Source: a virus
Lineage: Duplodnaviria; Caudoviricetes
DNA length: 41,644 nt
Virus record (IMG/VR): IMGVR_UViG_3300010052_000147
Span: 1 to 41,644 of that record
Strand: one strand, 5' to 3'
A model generated the notes under the pieces. The model was not told the DNA's origin, did no database searches, and saw nothing but the letters and a program-made list of their open reading frames with translations. The position numbers and the translations under genes were made by a program. Below, in pieces: positions 7,178 to 16,711 of this stretch; position 1 is the stretch's first letter; each line of letters opens with the position of its first letter.

Positions 7178-9883
7178 TCAGATGACGATGATGTCGAGCT
7201 TCATGGCCTGAGGACCTTCGACGCCTGATCGGTTCTCGGGGATGGCGTAGTAATCCCAATCGCCCTGCGGCGCGCAGGACGGGGTTTCCTTGAACACCAC
7301 TGCATTATCGATGCTTCCGGCGAACGATGCATCGCCGCGGAAGCTCAAGGTGTTGTTGCCTGACAGAGCGGTCAGCCGGTCAAGAATGCGGCCCGAAGCA
7401 GAGAGCAGCGTTCCATCAACCGCCGTTCCACCGGATATCCGCGCCTGGATGCTGCCGGCGCTTCGAACCATGGGCGACGCATGGAAGCGATACGCCGCAC
7501 CAGGATCCACGATGATGGGAGGGACCGAAGTGTGATTCTGACTGATGCCTGATGCCGTTCCCGCCGCTTTGCTGGCAATTCCGGCCGCTATGGTCCAGCC
7601 CGTTCCCTTGCTCCATATCGTGTCGGACGCAAAGTCGGGGTTCACGTAGAGGTTCGTCACGGAGTCGTCGCCGTCGATATAGGCGAAGGTGGTGTTGAGC
7701 AGCGCATTGATGCGGACGGCGAAATGCGTGGCCTTGTTGAGCGCTGCTCCTGTCGGAACCCTGTAGATCGCGATCTGTGCCAGGTGAGCATCGTTCTTCG
7801 TCGTGAATGACAGCGGCGCATGGCCCAGATGCAGGGCACCGCCCGTCACCGCAAATGTCGTCAGCGCAAGCGGGGCGACGGTATCGATCGTCGTGCTCAC
7901 ATCGACCAGCGGCGTCGTGAATTCGCCGAGCGTTGCGTCGGTGTTCCGGTATGCCGCCTTGACCTGCAGAACTGTATCTGCCGGCACCGCCCCTGTGTTG
8001 ACCAGAATGAGACCGGAAGCCGGGACGAGGTCGGGATGGTCGCTTTGGACAAACGCACCCGGCGTGCCGCCGCCGATATCCTTCACCCGCCATGCAATCA
8101 CCGGCGTCAGTGTGTCATCGATTGGATCGATTAGAGCGACCTGTAGATAGACGCTGTTGCCGCTGACCTTCGCAGTGACGGAATCGATATCCGGGACGAC
8201 ATTCTCTTCCTGGTCCGGACGCGGCGGCACCGGTGGCGCCATCCCCTCGTCGGTCGCTGGCGTCCACGCATCGATGTCTGCAGGCATGCCGGTGACATCG
8301 ATCGTGAACCCGCCCCGCAGCAAATTGAGAACCGATCGCCGGTTGGACAACAAGGCCCCGTTGAGCCGCGGCATCCGCTTTGGTGCATTCAACCTGATCC
8401 ATGGCAGATAGGCCGCATTGAAGCCGGTCAGGCGGCAGTCCAGCCGTCCGCTCACCTTCGAGCGCAGCCGTTGGAATTCTCGTTTGCCGAGCCGGCGCGC
8501 CTGACGCCACTCTGTGACGTAGTCGAGTTCCATATCGCGCGACAGCGGCCGGCCGGCGATCAAGACAGCGTTGGTGTCCTCCCAAAAATCGGTGTCGGTC
8601 TCGGTATAGTCGGTCGCGGGAAAATTGAACTTCGGGACGAGCCGGTTGATCTCGTCTTCCGGCAAAACGTCGTAGTCGATGTCATGACCGACGATATCCT
8701 CGTCGGTGAGCGTCGCGCAGTATTTCTCGCGAAACTTGCCGGCGACGACGAGCAACGCGCCATCGCCCCGGTCACAGGTCCAGCCGTCCATCGAGGCAAG
8801 GATGGCGTTCCGTCCGACCTTCGGATCGAGGTCCGCAGTGCCCTGCCCGTCGCACTGGTAGCGCGGCTCCGTTCCGCCGATCGCGCGAGGGATCGGTTCA
8901 TCACAGACGTCCGCTTCCTCTTTCCACATGTCGAGCACGGGAAGGATGGCTTTGCGGAAATCCCGCTTCGCGCCGAACGGGCTGAAGCACTCGTGCCAGC
9001 ACAGGATCAGAGCCGGGTTGCGGCTCCACTGCCAAGTCGTCGGGTCTTCCGGATGCTGGTCCGGGTCACGGAAATCCCAGACCAGGGCAAGGTCGGCGAT
9101 GGCCGATACAGCCGGCGGGCCGTAAGGATACGACTTCCTCTGGTTTTCCGGCTTCTTCGCCTTGACGCCGATCATGGCGATGGAGGCCTGTCCGTCGCCG
9201 CGATGGTTGTTCGTCCAGATGTCTTCTGCCCCCAACAGTTCGACGACCTTCGTGTAAGGAGTCTCCGGCACTGCGCCGAGCCGGGTGTAGATTCGGATAC
9301 GGCCGCCGCCATAACGGTCCTTGGCCTGTGCATTGACGTAGGCGCCGTCGGTGCTGGCCGGGTCGCCGGTCAACGTCACCGGATCGTCGTGGAGCATGAA
9401 CGAGTTGAACGACTTGATCGGATGACCACAGACGCCCTGCACCGAAATGATGCGACCCTTCTTGGCCTCCCAGAGCCAGAATGCTCCTGAAATTCGCGTG
9501 CGGCCGACGCCCCAAAAGCGCGGCGGGATGGCTTGCACCAGCGGCTGCCGGGCCTTGTCTGGCTTCGGCGGCTTCATCAGCAGCATCTGCAGTCCGAAGG
9601 TCAGCGCCGTGGTCGCGATCGCGGATGCGATCGACGCATAGGTGATTGTCGTGCCGAACAGAGAGATGCCGCCCGCACCGAAGATCGCTGTGAAGATCGG
9701 CGTGAAGATCGGGTCGCAGAGTTCCGGCGTATAGTGCGAAGACGTATGCGCCAGGTCGTTGAAACGGATGCAACGGGCGATCTCTTCCGTCCCGGCGTTT
9801 TCGAACAGGCCATGCGAGGCTCGCCAAACTGTTCTTTCCTTTGGCTTCAGCGCTCTGCGCAGCGCGGCGTTTATGTCGTTCAT
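7178..9883 (-). CDS. Central tail tip / host-specificity protein (lambda J-position) with C-terminal carbohydrate-binding-like insert
   Basis: About 900 aa; PPRFWGVGRTRISG, WQWSRNPALIL, ADVCDE and RYQCDG motifs; follows the NlpC-like gene; ATG at 9883 overlaps the upstream stop. Confidence 0.8.
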   Translation of the reverse strand: MNDINAALRRALKPKERTVWRASHGLFENAGTEEIARCIRFNDLAHTSSHYTPELCDPIFTPIFTAIFGAGGISLFGTTITYASIASAIATTALTFGLQMLLMKPPKPDKARQPLVQAIPPRFWGVGRTRISGAFWLWEAKKGRIISVQGVCGHPIKSFNSFMLHDDPVTLTGDPASTDGAYVNAQAKDRYGGGRIRIYTRLGAVPETPYTKVVELLGAEDIWTNNHRGDGQASIAMIGVKAKKPENQRKSYPYGPPAVSAIADLALVWDFRDPDQHPEDPTTWQWSRNPALILCWHECFSPFGAKRDFRKAILPVLDMWKEEADVCDEPIPRAIGGTEPRYQCDGQGTADLDPKVGRNAILASMDGWTCDRGDGALLVVAGKFREKYCATLTDEDIVGHDIDYDVLPEDEINRLVPKFNFPATDYTETDTDFWEDTNAVLIAGRPLSRDMELDYVTEWRQARRLGKREFQRLRSKVSGRLDCRLTGFNAAYLPWIRLNAPKRMPRLNGALLSNRRSVLNLLRGGFTIDVTGMPADIDAWTPATDEGMAPPVPPRPDQEENVVPDIDSVTAKVSGNSVYLQVALIDPIDDTLTPVIAWRVKDIGGGTPGAFVQSDHPDLVPASGLILVNTGAVPADTVLQVKAAYRNTDATLGEFTTPLVDVSTTIDTVAPLALTTFAVTGGALHLGHAPLSFTTKNDAHLAQIAIYRVPTGAALNKATHFAVRINALLNTTFAYIDGDDSVTNLYVNPDFASDTIWSKGTGWTIAAGIASKAAGTASGISQNHTSVPPIIVDPGAAYRFHASPMVRSAGSIQARISGGTAVDGTLLSASGRILDRLTALSGNNTLSFRGDASFAGSIDNAVVFKETPSCAPQGDWDYYAIPENRSGVEGPQAMKLDIIVI

Positions 9884-10287
9884 GCGATGCGCCACGCCGC
9901 GCCAGTGAACTCGAGCGCCTTGACCATCGGCCCCCGCGCCGACATCACCGCCCAGAGCGGACCGAACTTGATGCCGGGGATGTCCTTGACGACCATGCCG
10001 TCGGCGTTGAACCCGGTCATCGCGCGAACAATGCCGATATCGCCGTCGATCGGCCGCTGGACGCGCATGATCCCAAGCGCACCAAGCTTCGCGCCGACCA
10101 AGCCCTCAATCCCGCCGAAGCGATCGATGATGGCGTTCGCCTCGTCCGCCTTGGAATAGGTGTGACGCAGACCTTCGCCGGGATCGCGGCCGGTCTTCGC
10201 TGCTGCCCAGTCGGCAGTGAATAGCGTGCAATCGCACACGCCCCATTGCCACCGGTGCGGCCGGGCAAGAAAATCTTTGACGTTCAT
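9880..10287 (-). CDS. Tail tip assembly protein, NlpC/P60-like (DUF6950-like)
   Basis: WQWGVCDCTLFTADW...TGRDP and GDIGIV motifs; lambda K position. Confidence 0.75.
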   Translation of the reverse strand: MNVKDFLARPHRWQWGVCDCTLFTADWAAAKTGRDPGEGLRHTYSKADEANAIIDRFGGIEGLVGAKLGALGIMRVQRPIDGDIGIVRAMTGFNADGMVVKDIPGIKFGPLWAVMSARGPMVKALEFTGAAWRIA

Positions 10288-10296
10288 CGAATGCCT

Positions 10297-10977
10297 TCAG
10301 GGCCAGACGGGCGCTACGCCGCGCGCAAGGCGGGCCGTTTGATCGCAGCACCGGTCGCGAGGATTGGCGGCCTGCTCCGGTGCGGTCGGGAAGAACTCTT
10401 TCCAGAGCGCGGTTTGATGCGCTGCGGTCCACAGAGATGCTGACGGGCGGGATCGTGTGTCATTGCCGGTCACCACAGCCAGGCTGAGCGTCGTCACCGG
10501 ATTTTCATCGCCCGCAACCGGAGCGCTGCCTTCCTTCGGGTGCGACGCCTTGCCGGCCCAGACCGGAATGATTTTCGATGTCGGCTGGTAGTAGTCGTCG
10601 AGCGTCGTCAGCCCGATCATCACATCCTTGCCGCGCACTGGCGGCATGGCGTCGAGCACTTCGGATGCCGTGGCCGGATCGATGCCGGAGATGCCGAACA
10701 CCGCCGATCCGCTTTGCCCATTGCACAACACCTCGAGGGACGGGACGTTCAGCAGCCGGCCGCCGCCAAGATAGACCGTCCCGTCTGGATCGACGCCGTC
10801 GAAACCTGCCGGAATGTCGCTGACGCCCATCCAGATGTGCAGTGGTGGGACAGTGTCCATCCGGAAGAAGATGCCGAGCTGATGGCTTGTGCGCATGGAT
10901 GCGATGACATCAGCCGGCACATAGTCAGCCGTCCACGACCCGATGAGATCGAGATAATCATCTTCCCAAGATGGCAT
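10297..10977 (-). CDS. Minor tail (hub, lambda L-position) protein
   Basis: HIWMGVSD...VYLGGGRLLNVP; position between the distal tail and NlpC-like genes. Confidence 0.65.
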   Translation of the reverse strand: MPSWEDDYLDLIGSWTADYVPADVIASMRTSHQLGIFFRMDTVPPLHIWMGVSDIPAGFDGVDPDGTVYLGGGRLLNVPSLEVLCNGQSGSAVFGISGIDPATASEVLDAMPPVRGKDVMIGLTTLDDYYQPTSKIIPVWAGKASHPKEGSAPVAGDENPVTTLSLAVVTGNDTRSRPSASLWTAAHQTALWKEFFPTAPEQAANPRDRCCDQTARLARGVAPVWP

Positions 10978-10980
10978 GGC

Positions 10981-11757
10981 TCAGAATGCCTCGATGAATT
11001 CGAGCGTCGGGTTGGACCGCCAGAACCCCTCGACCTCGGTTGGCAGCGTGAAGCCCGTCGGGAACTTCATGACATTGCGCGGGCGCGCGAACTCGATCCG
11101 GGTGTTGATGGGAACCGCCTGACGCAGCGGGCGCGACAGCGAAAGCGTGTACGCTCGATAGGGTGTCACGACGCCACTGATCGTTTCATTCCCGGTTCCG
11201 GTGGCCTCGCTCTCCCAATAGCGGTAGGCGCGCCATCCTTTGCCCGACACAAGGCCAACATCCTCGTGATCGATCGAAAACCAGTCAGACCAGCGCAGCC
11301 CGCGCGTGGCGTTGTAGATCCGGATCGATATCTGTCCCGCACCAAGCGCCTCCGCCGCCGTAACCCGTCCCCAGACGGTCGCCTGGCTGTATCCGGCGCC
11401 ATCGGAGAAGGTTGATCCATCCGAATGAGTGATGCCGGCGACGAAGGGCTGCGGCACCCCTCGCGCATTCAGCGGGAACGGTCCCACCCAATCGGTGAGG
11501 ATCGGCACGTTGATGAACCGAAACGACCCGTCGAGCCGCGCCGCCAGCATGTTCGCGTATTCGTGTTCCTCCGGCGCTTGCACGAAGCACTCGACATAAG
11601 AGCACGTCAGAATGCCGCCGGCGGAGAATTCGATCGACACGCTTTCGCCCACGCCATTGCGGCCGCTATCGACCGCCGCGCCCTTGCTCTGGAACGTCGC
11701 CCGCCGCGGCTTCAGATAGTCGATCAGCAGCGTTGGCAGGTTGGTGTAGCGTCCCAT
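10981..11757 (-). CDS. Distal tail-like protein
   Basis: Directly after the tape measure (TGATG overlap); HSDGSTFSDGAGYSQ motif and C-terminal LEFIEAF. Confidence 0.65.
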   Translation of the reverse strand: MGRYTNLPTLLIDYLKPRRATFQSKGAAVDSGRNGVGESVSIEFSAGGILTCSYVECFVQAPEEHEYANMLAARLDGSFRFINVPILTDWVGPFPLNARGVPQPFVAGITHSDGSTFSDGAGYSQATVWGRVTAAEALGAGQISIRIYNATRGLRWSDWFSIDHEDVGLVSGKGWRAYRYWESEATGTGNETISGVVTPYRAYTLSLSRPLRQAVPINTRIEFARPRNVMKFPTGFTLPTEVEGFWRSNPTLEFIEAF

Positions 11758-14700
11758 CAACCGGCCTTCTGGCTCTGGTAACGGTTCTGCAGAGTGCCGA
11801 ACCCGCCTTGCGCCTGGCCCTCGTGATAGATGGCGACGGCCTGCTGCGACTGAGCGCGGGCGATTGATTCAAACTCTGCCCGCGTCATCGTCGAGCCACG
11901 TGCATCAATCTGGAATACCGGCGCAAAGGTGTTCTGGTTCGCCCCGATCTTGTGGTTCGGGACGACCTGCTCGCCACCGCGGAACTTGATGATTTCCGGA
12001 CCGCGCTCGCCGACCCAAGCGTAGCCGGGAGGGGCGTTGTCGGTTCCATCGGCAAAGCCGAACAGCTTCGGTAGGAAGCCGAGGATCATGCCAAGGATGC
12101 CGCCGCCACCTCCACCGCCCGAAGGGGCAGCGCCGCCGCCATAACCCAGCATTCCACCGAGCCCGCCGCCACGGCCATCCTGAAAGCCTTGGAAGTTGGA
12201 CAGCCCCGTTCCAAACAGGCCGCCCAGCGGGCCGTTGGGGCTGGACAGCTTGCCGGCCATGTCGACCAGACTGCCGTCGAACGATGTCAAGCCCTTCACT
12301 GCGCCTTCCGCAGTGTTGCCGAGCTTCGCCAGCGCCGCAGCCGCCTTGTCGCCATAGCCGCCGACGCTTGTTCCCAGCACATCCCGCGCGCCCATGTTCT
12401 TCATGCCGGCTTCGCCGGCAAACCATGCTTGCGAGGCACCCCTGAAGCCGTATTTGTCGACATAGCCGCCGAATCGGTGATCGAAGATCTTGTCCTGCAG
12501 CCCGGGGTTCTTCATGAACTCGTCGGCGCCGATCCGATTGCCAAGCGCGGCTTCCGACCACGGTCCGATATTCGCTTCCATGATCTGATAACGACCGAGC
12601 GCACGGCCCATCTTCGGGTGCGTCGGGCCGATGGCCGCATAGCCGCCGCTGCCTGCGCTTTCGATCGACGCGATGGCGTCGCGGTAGGCGGACATGTTGC
12701 CCAAGGCTGGCGAACCCGCGCGCATGAAGTCGATTGTCGAGCCGACATGGCCCATCGCCGCGTTCACGTTGCTGTTGGCAGCGGTGCGCGCGCCAAAGAA
12801 GTCGCCTGCGGTCATGTTCGCAGCAAAGCCGCTGCCAGGCCGAACGCCTGTCAACCAGCTTGCGAATGCCGTGCCAAGCCGGTCGAAGATGTCATCGAGT
12901 TGCTTTTGCATCGATGACGAGAGCGACGAGAGGACGGCCTTGCCGAGCGCATCGCCCATGTCGCCTCCGTTCTCAATCATGGCCGAACGGAACGTTGAAA
13001 AGAAGCCAGTGAACATGGTCTTGGCATCAAGGAACCGCTCCATTTCGCGCATCTGGCGCGCTTCGTCGGAATCCATGCCGAGACCGGTTCCGCGAAGTCT
13101 CGACGCGATGCCCTGATCCTGCGGCGACCGAAACATCTGGTCGCGCTCAAATCTGAGGTCGCGATTGAGATTGAGACGAGCGGCGATGTCAGCAAGGCGG
13201 CCAAGCTCATCCGCCGTGTCTTTGACCCGGCGCGCTTCGTCCGGATCGATGATGCCACCACGGCGCGCCGCCTCATCCTTGAGACGGGCCATTTCCGAGA
13301 ACTCGTAGTTCAGTCGAGCCGTCTCGCCTACCGTCGCGCCGATAAGCGACAATTCGTGCTGTGCAGCCTCGATGCTGCGGGCCTGTCCGCGCTCACGATC
13401 AAGGCGGCTATCGCGCGCCTCGATGTCCTGTCGGTTCCGCTCTGCCGCCAATGCTCGATCGACGCGAGACTGCAACCCGCCGCCTGTGTCGCCGTCCTGA
13501 CGCGCGCGGGCGCGAACCTGCGCTTCGACTGCCGCCAGTCGCTCTGCATTTGTGCGAGCGCGCGCCATCTGCTGCTCTGCCGCGAACTGGTCGTTCTCAC
13601 TCTGAAGCTCGATCCCGCGCCGACCGACGTAGCGCGAAAGGTCGCGACGGTCTGACAGACCGGGCCGCGTTTCCTCGCGATCGATGCGCTGGAGTATCTT
13701 CTCCAGTTCGGCCGCCTTGTCGGCGAGGTCGACGATTTCTTTGCCCGCAATGATCGCTTCGTCCGCGAGTTTCTGAAGGCCATTGGCGCGCCCGATACGC
13801 TCCACTTCGGAATTGAACGTGGCAAGCCCCGACGCGCCCTCGATCCGAAGTCGGTTGATCGCATCCTCGAATGGCGCAAACTTGCCGGTCACATCGAAGG
13901 CATTGGAGCCGAGAGCGAGGACAGCATCAGCGGTGGCGCGGAGACGATCCGGGTTTTCCGATGATCCCACCAGTTGCTCGAAAAGCCGCTCCACTTGGTC
14001 ATTGAAGCCGGCAAGATCGGTCTTGCCGCTTTTGGCGCTTTCGATCAGCGCAGCCATCGGACCGGCGAATTGCTTCTGATCCCCGGAGAGGTTGCGCAGT
14101 CCTTCGACGCCGCCGCCGTTGCCGAGCAGGCTTTGCAACCACCCGACGCCGCCGACCGTGTCGAGCATAGGCGTCATCTTTTCGCGGATTTGCGCTTCCA
14201 ACAGCGTCTGCGCATTGCGCGCGGTCGCTTCGGTGAACGCCATGCCCCCTACGTTGCCGACACTCTTCGCAGCTTCGCCAAGGGCGCCATACTGATCCTT
14301 GAGTAGGGTCAGGGTGCCGGAATGCGCCTTCAGCGCATCTTCTAGCGTCTTCGCACCGTCCTTGCCCTTCATGAACCACTGGATGGTTGCAGCCGTGGCC
14401 GCGGTCGCGCCAACAGTGAACAGCATGGTCGGCGACACAAGCGAGAGGATGCCTGCGCCAAGCGCTTTCACACCGCCGCCCTGCTGCATGGCCATCGCGA
14501 GTTGCGGACCCTGCTGAAGCCCCGTTGCCAGCGGAGCCTGGCCCATCATCGCCATCATCACCGCGTCTTGGACTTGGAAGGCGGCATTGGTGGAATTGAA
14601 GTTCTGCTGTCCGCGCATCCCCGTGTTCTGGTTTGCGGCCAAGCGGCCGCGCGCCAAAGCCTGCGCCTGCGATAGCTCCTGAGCCGAAATTTCGCCCCGC

Positions 14701-15554
14701 GCCGCCATGGTGACATACTCGGCGATCTCCGCATTGACGCGGTTCTGCGCTGCCGCGAGCGGATTGAGTTCCGCGCGCAGGGCGGCAACGCGACCAGCTA
14801 GTCGATCGGCTTCGCGCCCCGCCTCTTCAAAAACCGATGCGGAAGCACGCGCTGACGCTACCTCTGAGCCGATGCCAAACCGTCCATTCAAGTCTTGCGC
14901 AAACAGCGCCCCGGTTTGCTCGGATCGCATCCGCGCGATGTCCTGTTGCCGGCGAGCCTCAGCTTCGAAAATAGCTGCCGAGTCCCGCGCCGACGACAAC
15001 GGATCGCGGACGCCGAGGACTGCGTTGATCCGATTCTGATTGGCCGCGCCGGCTGACCGCAGGCTTTCGGCGTCCTGAATGGCGCGGAGTTGCGCGATGT
15101 GTGCCTGATATGCACCGGCAGCGTGTGACAAGCTTGCGGCCTGCCCTTTGATCTGATCGTTCGCAGCCCGCACTGCGGCGGCGAGTTGCAGTTGCCCTTT
15201 CGCGGCGAGAGCCGAAGCATCGCCAGTTACGCCGAGCTTCTGGTTCATCCCCACCAGGATCGTTGTCGCCGCCGCGATATCGGTCTTGCCCGTCTCCAAC
15301 TCCCGATTCAACGCACGCAGATCCTTTTCAAAGGTCTGCGCCTGGCGCGAACCATCGACATAGGTCCGCGAAAGCCGAGACAAGACATCCCCAGCCTGGC
15401 TAATCTTCGCGTCGGTCTGCTGGATCGCGGCACCAGCCTCCCTGGACGAGGCAGACATCTCTTTGTCAGCCGCCACCTTCTGGCGCGCGCCGGCGGTATA
15501 CTCGTCGGCCGCAATCTTCGGCACGATCATGAGGGTGCGCATTTCAACGGTCAT
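11757..15554 (-). CDS. Tape measure protein with a C-terminal-region lysozyme-like domain
   Basis: About 1265 aa, Ala-rich and helical; QVQDAVMMAMMGQAPLATGLQQGPQL and FADGT...VGERGPE motifs; ATG at 15554 has GGGAGG RBS and ATGA overlap. Confidence 0.92.
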   Translation of the reverse strand: MTVEMRTLMIVPKIAADEYTAGARQKVAADKEMSASSREAGAAIQQTDAKISQAGDVLSRLSRTYVDGSRQAQTFEKDLRALNRELETGKTDIAAATTILVGMNQKLGVTGDASALAAKGQLQLAAAVRAANDQIKGQAASLSHAAGAYQAHIAQLRAIQDAESLRSAGAANQNRINAVLGVRDPLSSARDSAAIFEAEARRQQDIARMRSEQTGALFAQDLNGRFGIGSEVASARASASVFEEAGREADRLAGRVAALRAELNPLAAAQNRVNAEIAEYVTMAARGEISAQELSQAQALARGRLAANQNTGMRGQQNFNSTNAAFQVQDAVMMAMMGQAPLATGLQQGPQLAMAMQQGGGVKALGAGILSLVSPTMLFTVGATAATAATIQWFMKGKDGAKTLEDALKAHSGTLTLLKDQYGALGEAAKSVGNVGGMAFTEATARNAQTLLEAQIREKMTPMLDTVGGVGWLQSLLGNGGGVEGLRNLSGDQKQFAGPMAALIESAKSGKTDLAGFNDQVERLFEQLVGSSENPDRLRATADAVLALGSNAFDVTGKFAPFEDAINRLRIEGASGLATFNSEVERIGRANGLQKLADEAIIAGKEIVDLADKAAELEKILQRIDREETRPGLSDRRDLSRYVGRRGIELQSENDQFAAEQQMARARTNAERLAAVEAQVRARARQDGDTGGGLQSRVDRALAAERNRQDIEARDSRLDRERGQARSIEAAQHELSLIGATVGETARLNYEFSEMARLKDEAARRGGIIDPDEARRVKDTADELGRLADIAARLNLNRDLRFERDQMFRSPQDQGIASRLRGTGLGMDSDEARQMREMERFLDAKTMFTGFFSTFRSAMIENGGDMGDALGKAVLSSLSSSMQKQLDDIFDRLGTAFASWLTGVRPGSGFAANMTAGDFFGARTAANSNVNAAMGHVGSTIDFMRAGSPALGNMSAYRDAIASIESAGSGGYAAIGPTHPKMGRALGRYQIMEANIGPWSEAALGNRIGADEFMKNPGLQDKIFDHRFGGYVDKYGFRGASQAWFAGEAGMKNMGARDVLGTSVGGYGDKAAAALAKLGNTAEGAVKGLTSFDGSLVDMAGKLSSPNGPLGGLFGTGLSNFQGFQDGRGGGLGGMLGYGGGAAPSGGGGGGGILGMILGFLPKLFGFADGTDNAPPGYAWVGERGPEIIKFRGGEQVVPNHKIGANQNTFAPVFQIDARGSTMTRAEFESIARAQSQQAVAIYHEGQAQGGFGTLQNRYQSQKAG

Positions 15555-15931
15555 GTCGCGCCCTCCCGTTTTTGCCGTTTCGATTGATGGTCGCGCCACT
15601 CGTCATCGATGGCGGTCATGAAGGTGTGGAAGCGTTCGAATGCCTCGCCTTCGATGCCGTAGCGCCGGGCGTAGGTGTCAAGTGCGAGGAATGAGATCGG
15701 CATCTCACCGCCCATCGCGCCGTATTGGCGGTCGAAGCGCAAGGCATTGAACGCCCGCCAGTAGAACTCGTGCCAAGCTTGCGGCTCGGCATCTGCTGGC
15801 GGCTTTTCGACTGGAGCCTGAAGCCATTTCTCGCGTGGGCTTTCCTTCGCGAGGGCTTCAATCCATTCCTGGTCTTCGCGGGATAGCGCCGTCCGGCCTA
15901 GTTGCCACCGGAAGGCGCTTCTCAGTTTTTT
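15551..15931 (-). CDS. Tail assembly chaperone GT C-terminal part, reached by -1 frameshift
   Basis: Open frame with YWRAFNALRFDRQYGAMGGEMPISF motif and no own RBS/ATG; lies in the -1 frame from the slippery site. Confidence 0.8.
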   Translation of the reverse strand, partial: KKLRSAFRWQLGRTALSREDQEWIEALAKESPREKWLQAPVEKPPADAEPQAWHEFYWRAFNALRFDRQYGAMGGEMPISFLALDTYARRYGIEGEAFERFHTFMTAIDDEWRDHQSKRQKREGAT

Positions 15932-16359
15932 TCCGCGGCCTTGACAAACTCGACCTTCCGCTTGCCGACGCGACCGGCGCACCAGTAGCAGATCGACCGG
16001 AACACCCGGTGTTCCTCGGCCTCAAGAACTTGTGCAGCGGCCTTCGCCGAATACTCGATATCGAGGCCGCGCCATCCGAGGGTCAGGTGCTCGACGGCAA
16101 GCTCGCCTTCGATCTTCGCGGCGACCTCCGGCGGGATATCGTCGTCCGGGTAGTCCTTCTTCATCTGTTCGAGCCGCGCCTGTCGCGCCGTGACATACGG
16201 CGGGTAGTTCGTCGAACGGGTGAAGATTGCGAGACCTGGCAGCTTCGTCATTTCGAACGGCTTCTCAGGGTTGAGGCCCGGCCATTCCTTTGGCTCGATC
16301 CACTCGCCATCGCGTTCTTTGGAGAGGTCTGCAGCGAGGCTGCCCAGCTTCACAGTCAT
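15922..16359 (-). CDS. Tail assembly chaperone (lambda G-like)
   Basis: 145 aa between tail tube and tape measure; ends in a slippery site; AAGGA RBS. Confidence 0.8.
   Translation of the reverse strand: MTVKLGSLAADLSKERDGEWIEPKEWPGLNPEKPFEMTKLPGLAIFTRSTNYPPYVTARQARLEQMKKDYPDDDIPPEVAAKIEGELAVEHLTLGWRGLDIEYSAKAAAQVLEAEEHRVFRSICYWCAGRVGKRKVEFVKAAEKN
15925..15931 (-). other. -1 ribosomal frameshift slippery heptamer A AAA AAC
   Basis: GCG GAA AAA AAC TGA at the end of the G gene; -1 frame continues AAA AAA CTG AGA (KKLRSAFRW). Confidence 0.85.
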
Positions 16360-16433
16360 CGGGGATGTCCTTTGTCGGAAGGAGTGACGGCCGGCCCCGA
16401 CAGACCGGCCGCCGTGTGCGCGCGCGAACGCGA

Positions 16434-16700
16434 TCAGCCGAGGTCGGCGGCTGGCTTATCGCCCGTCTTTTTCGGAGACAGGGAGTCGATGAAAGACTGC
16501 GGGACCGGCGAGGACGGAACGCCGCCACGGAAATGCATCTCGCCACCGCTCGAGCCGAAGGGCTTGCCGACGAAATCAGTCTCCGGGATGAACGAGCTGA
16601 CGCGATCGTTCGCCACCTTGCGGACATGAGCCGCCTTGGCGATGGCCGGGTGCTCGCGCTTCGGAGGTTCGTCGGCGCCAGTTTCAGGTTTCTTGGTCAT
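16434..16700 (-). CDS. Small hypothetical tail-region protein (88 aa)
   Basis: GGAGG RBS overlapping the tail tube stop; ATG at 16700. Confidence 0.6.
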   Translation of the reverse strand: MTKKPETGADEPPKREHPAIAKAAHVRKVANDRVSSFIPETDFVGKPFGSSGGEMHFRGGVPSSPVPQSFIDSLSPKKTGDKPAADLG

Positions 16701-16711
16701 TGTCGCGCCTC

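Noticed and set aside
3532-9883. Diversity-generating retroelement or invertible tail-fibre switch
   Set aside because: No reverse transcriptase, invertase or template/variable repeat pair seen
15555-15599. ORF-track N-terminal extensions (tape measure 15599, portal 24573, TerL 26387, decoration 20882, repressor 35959, Cro 35978)
   Set aside because: Downstream ATGs have better RBS, stop-start overlaps or promoter fit
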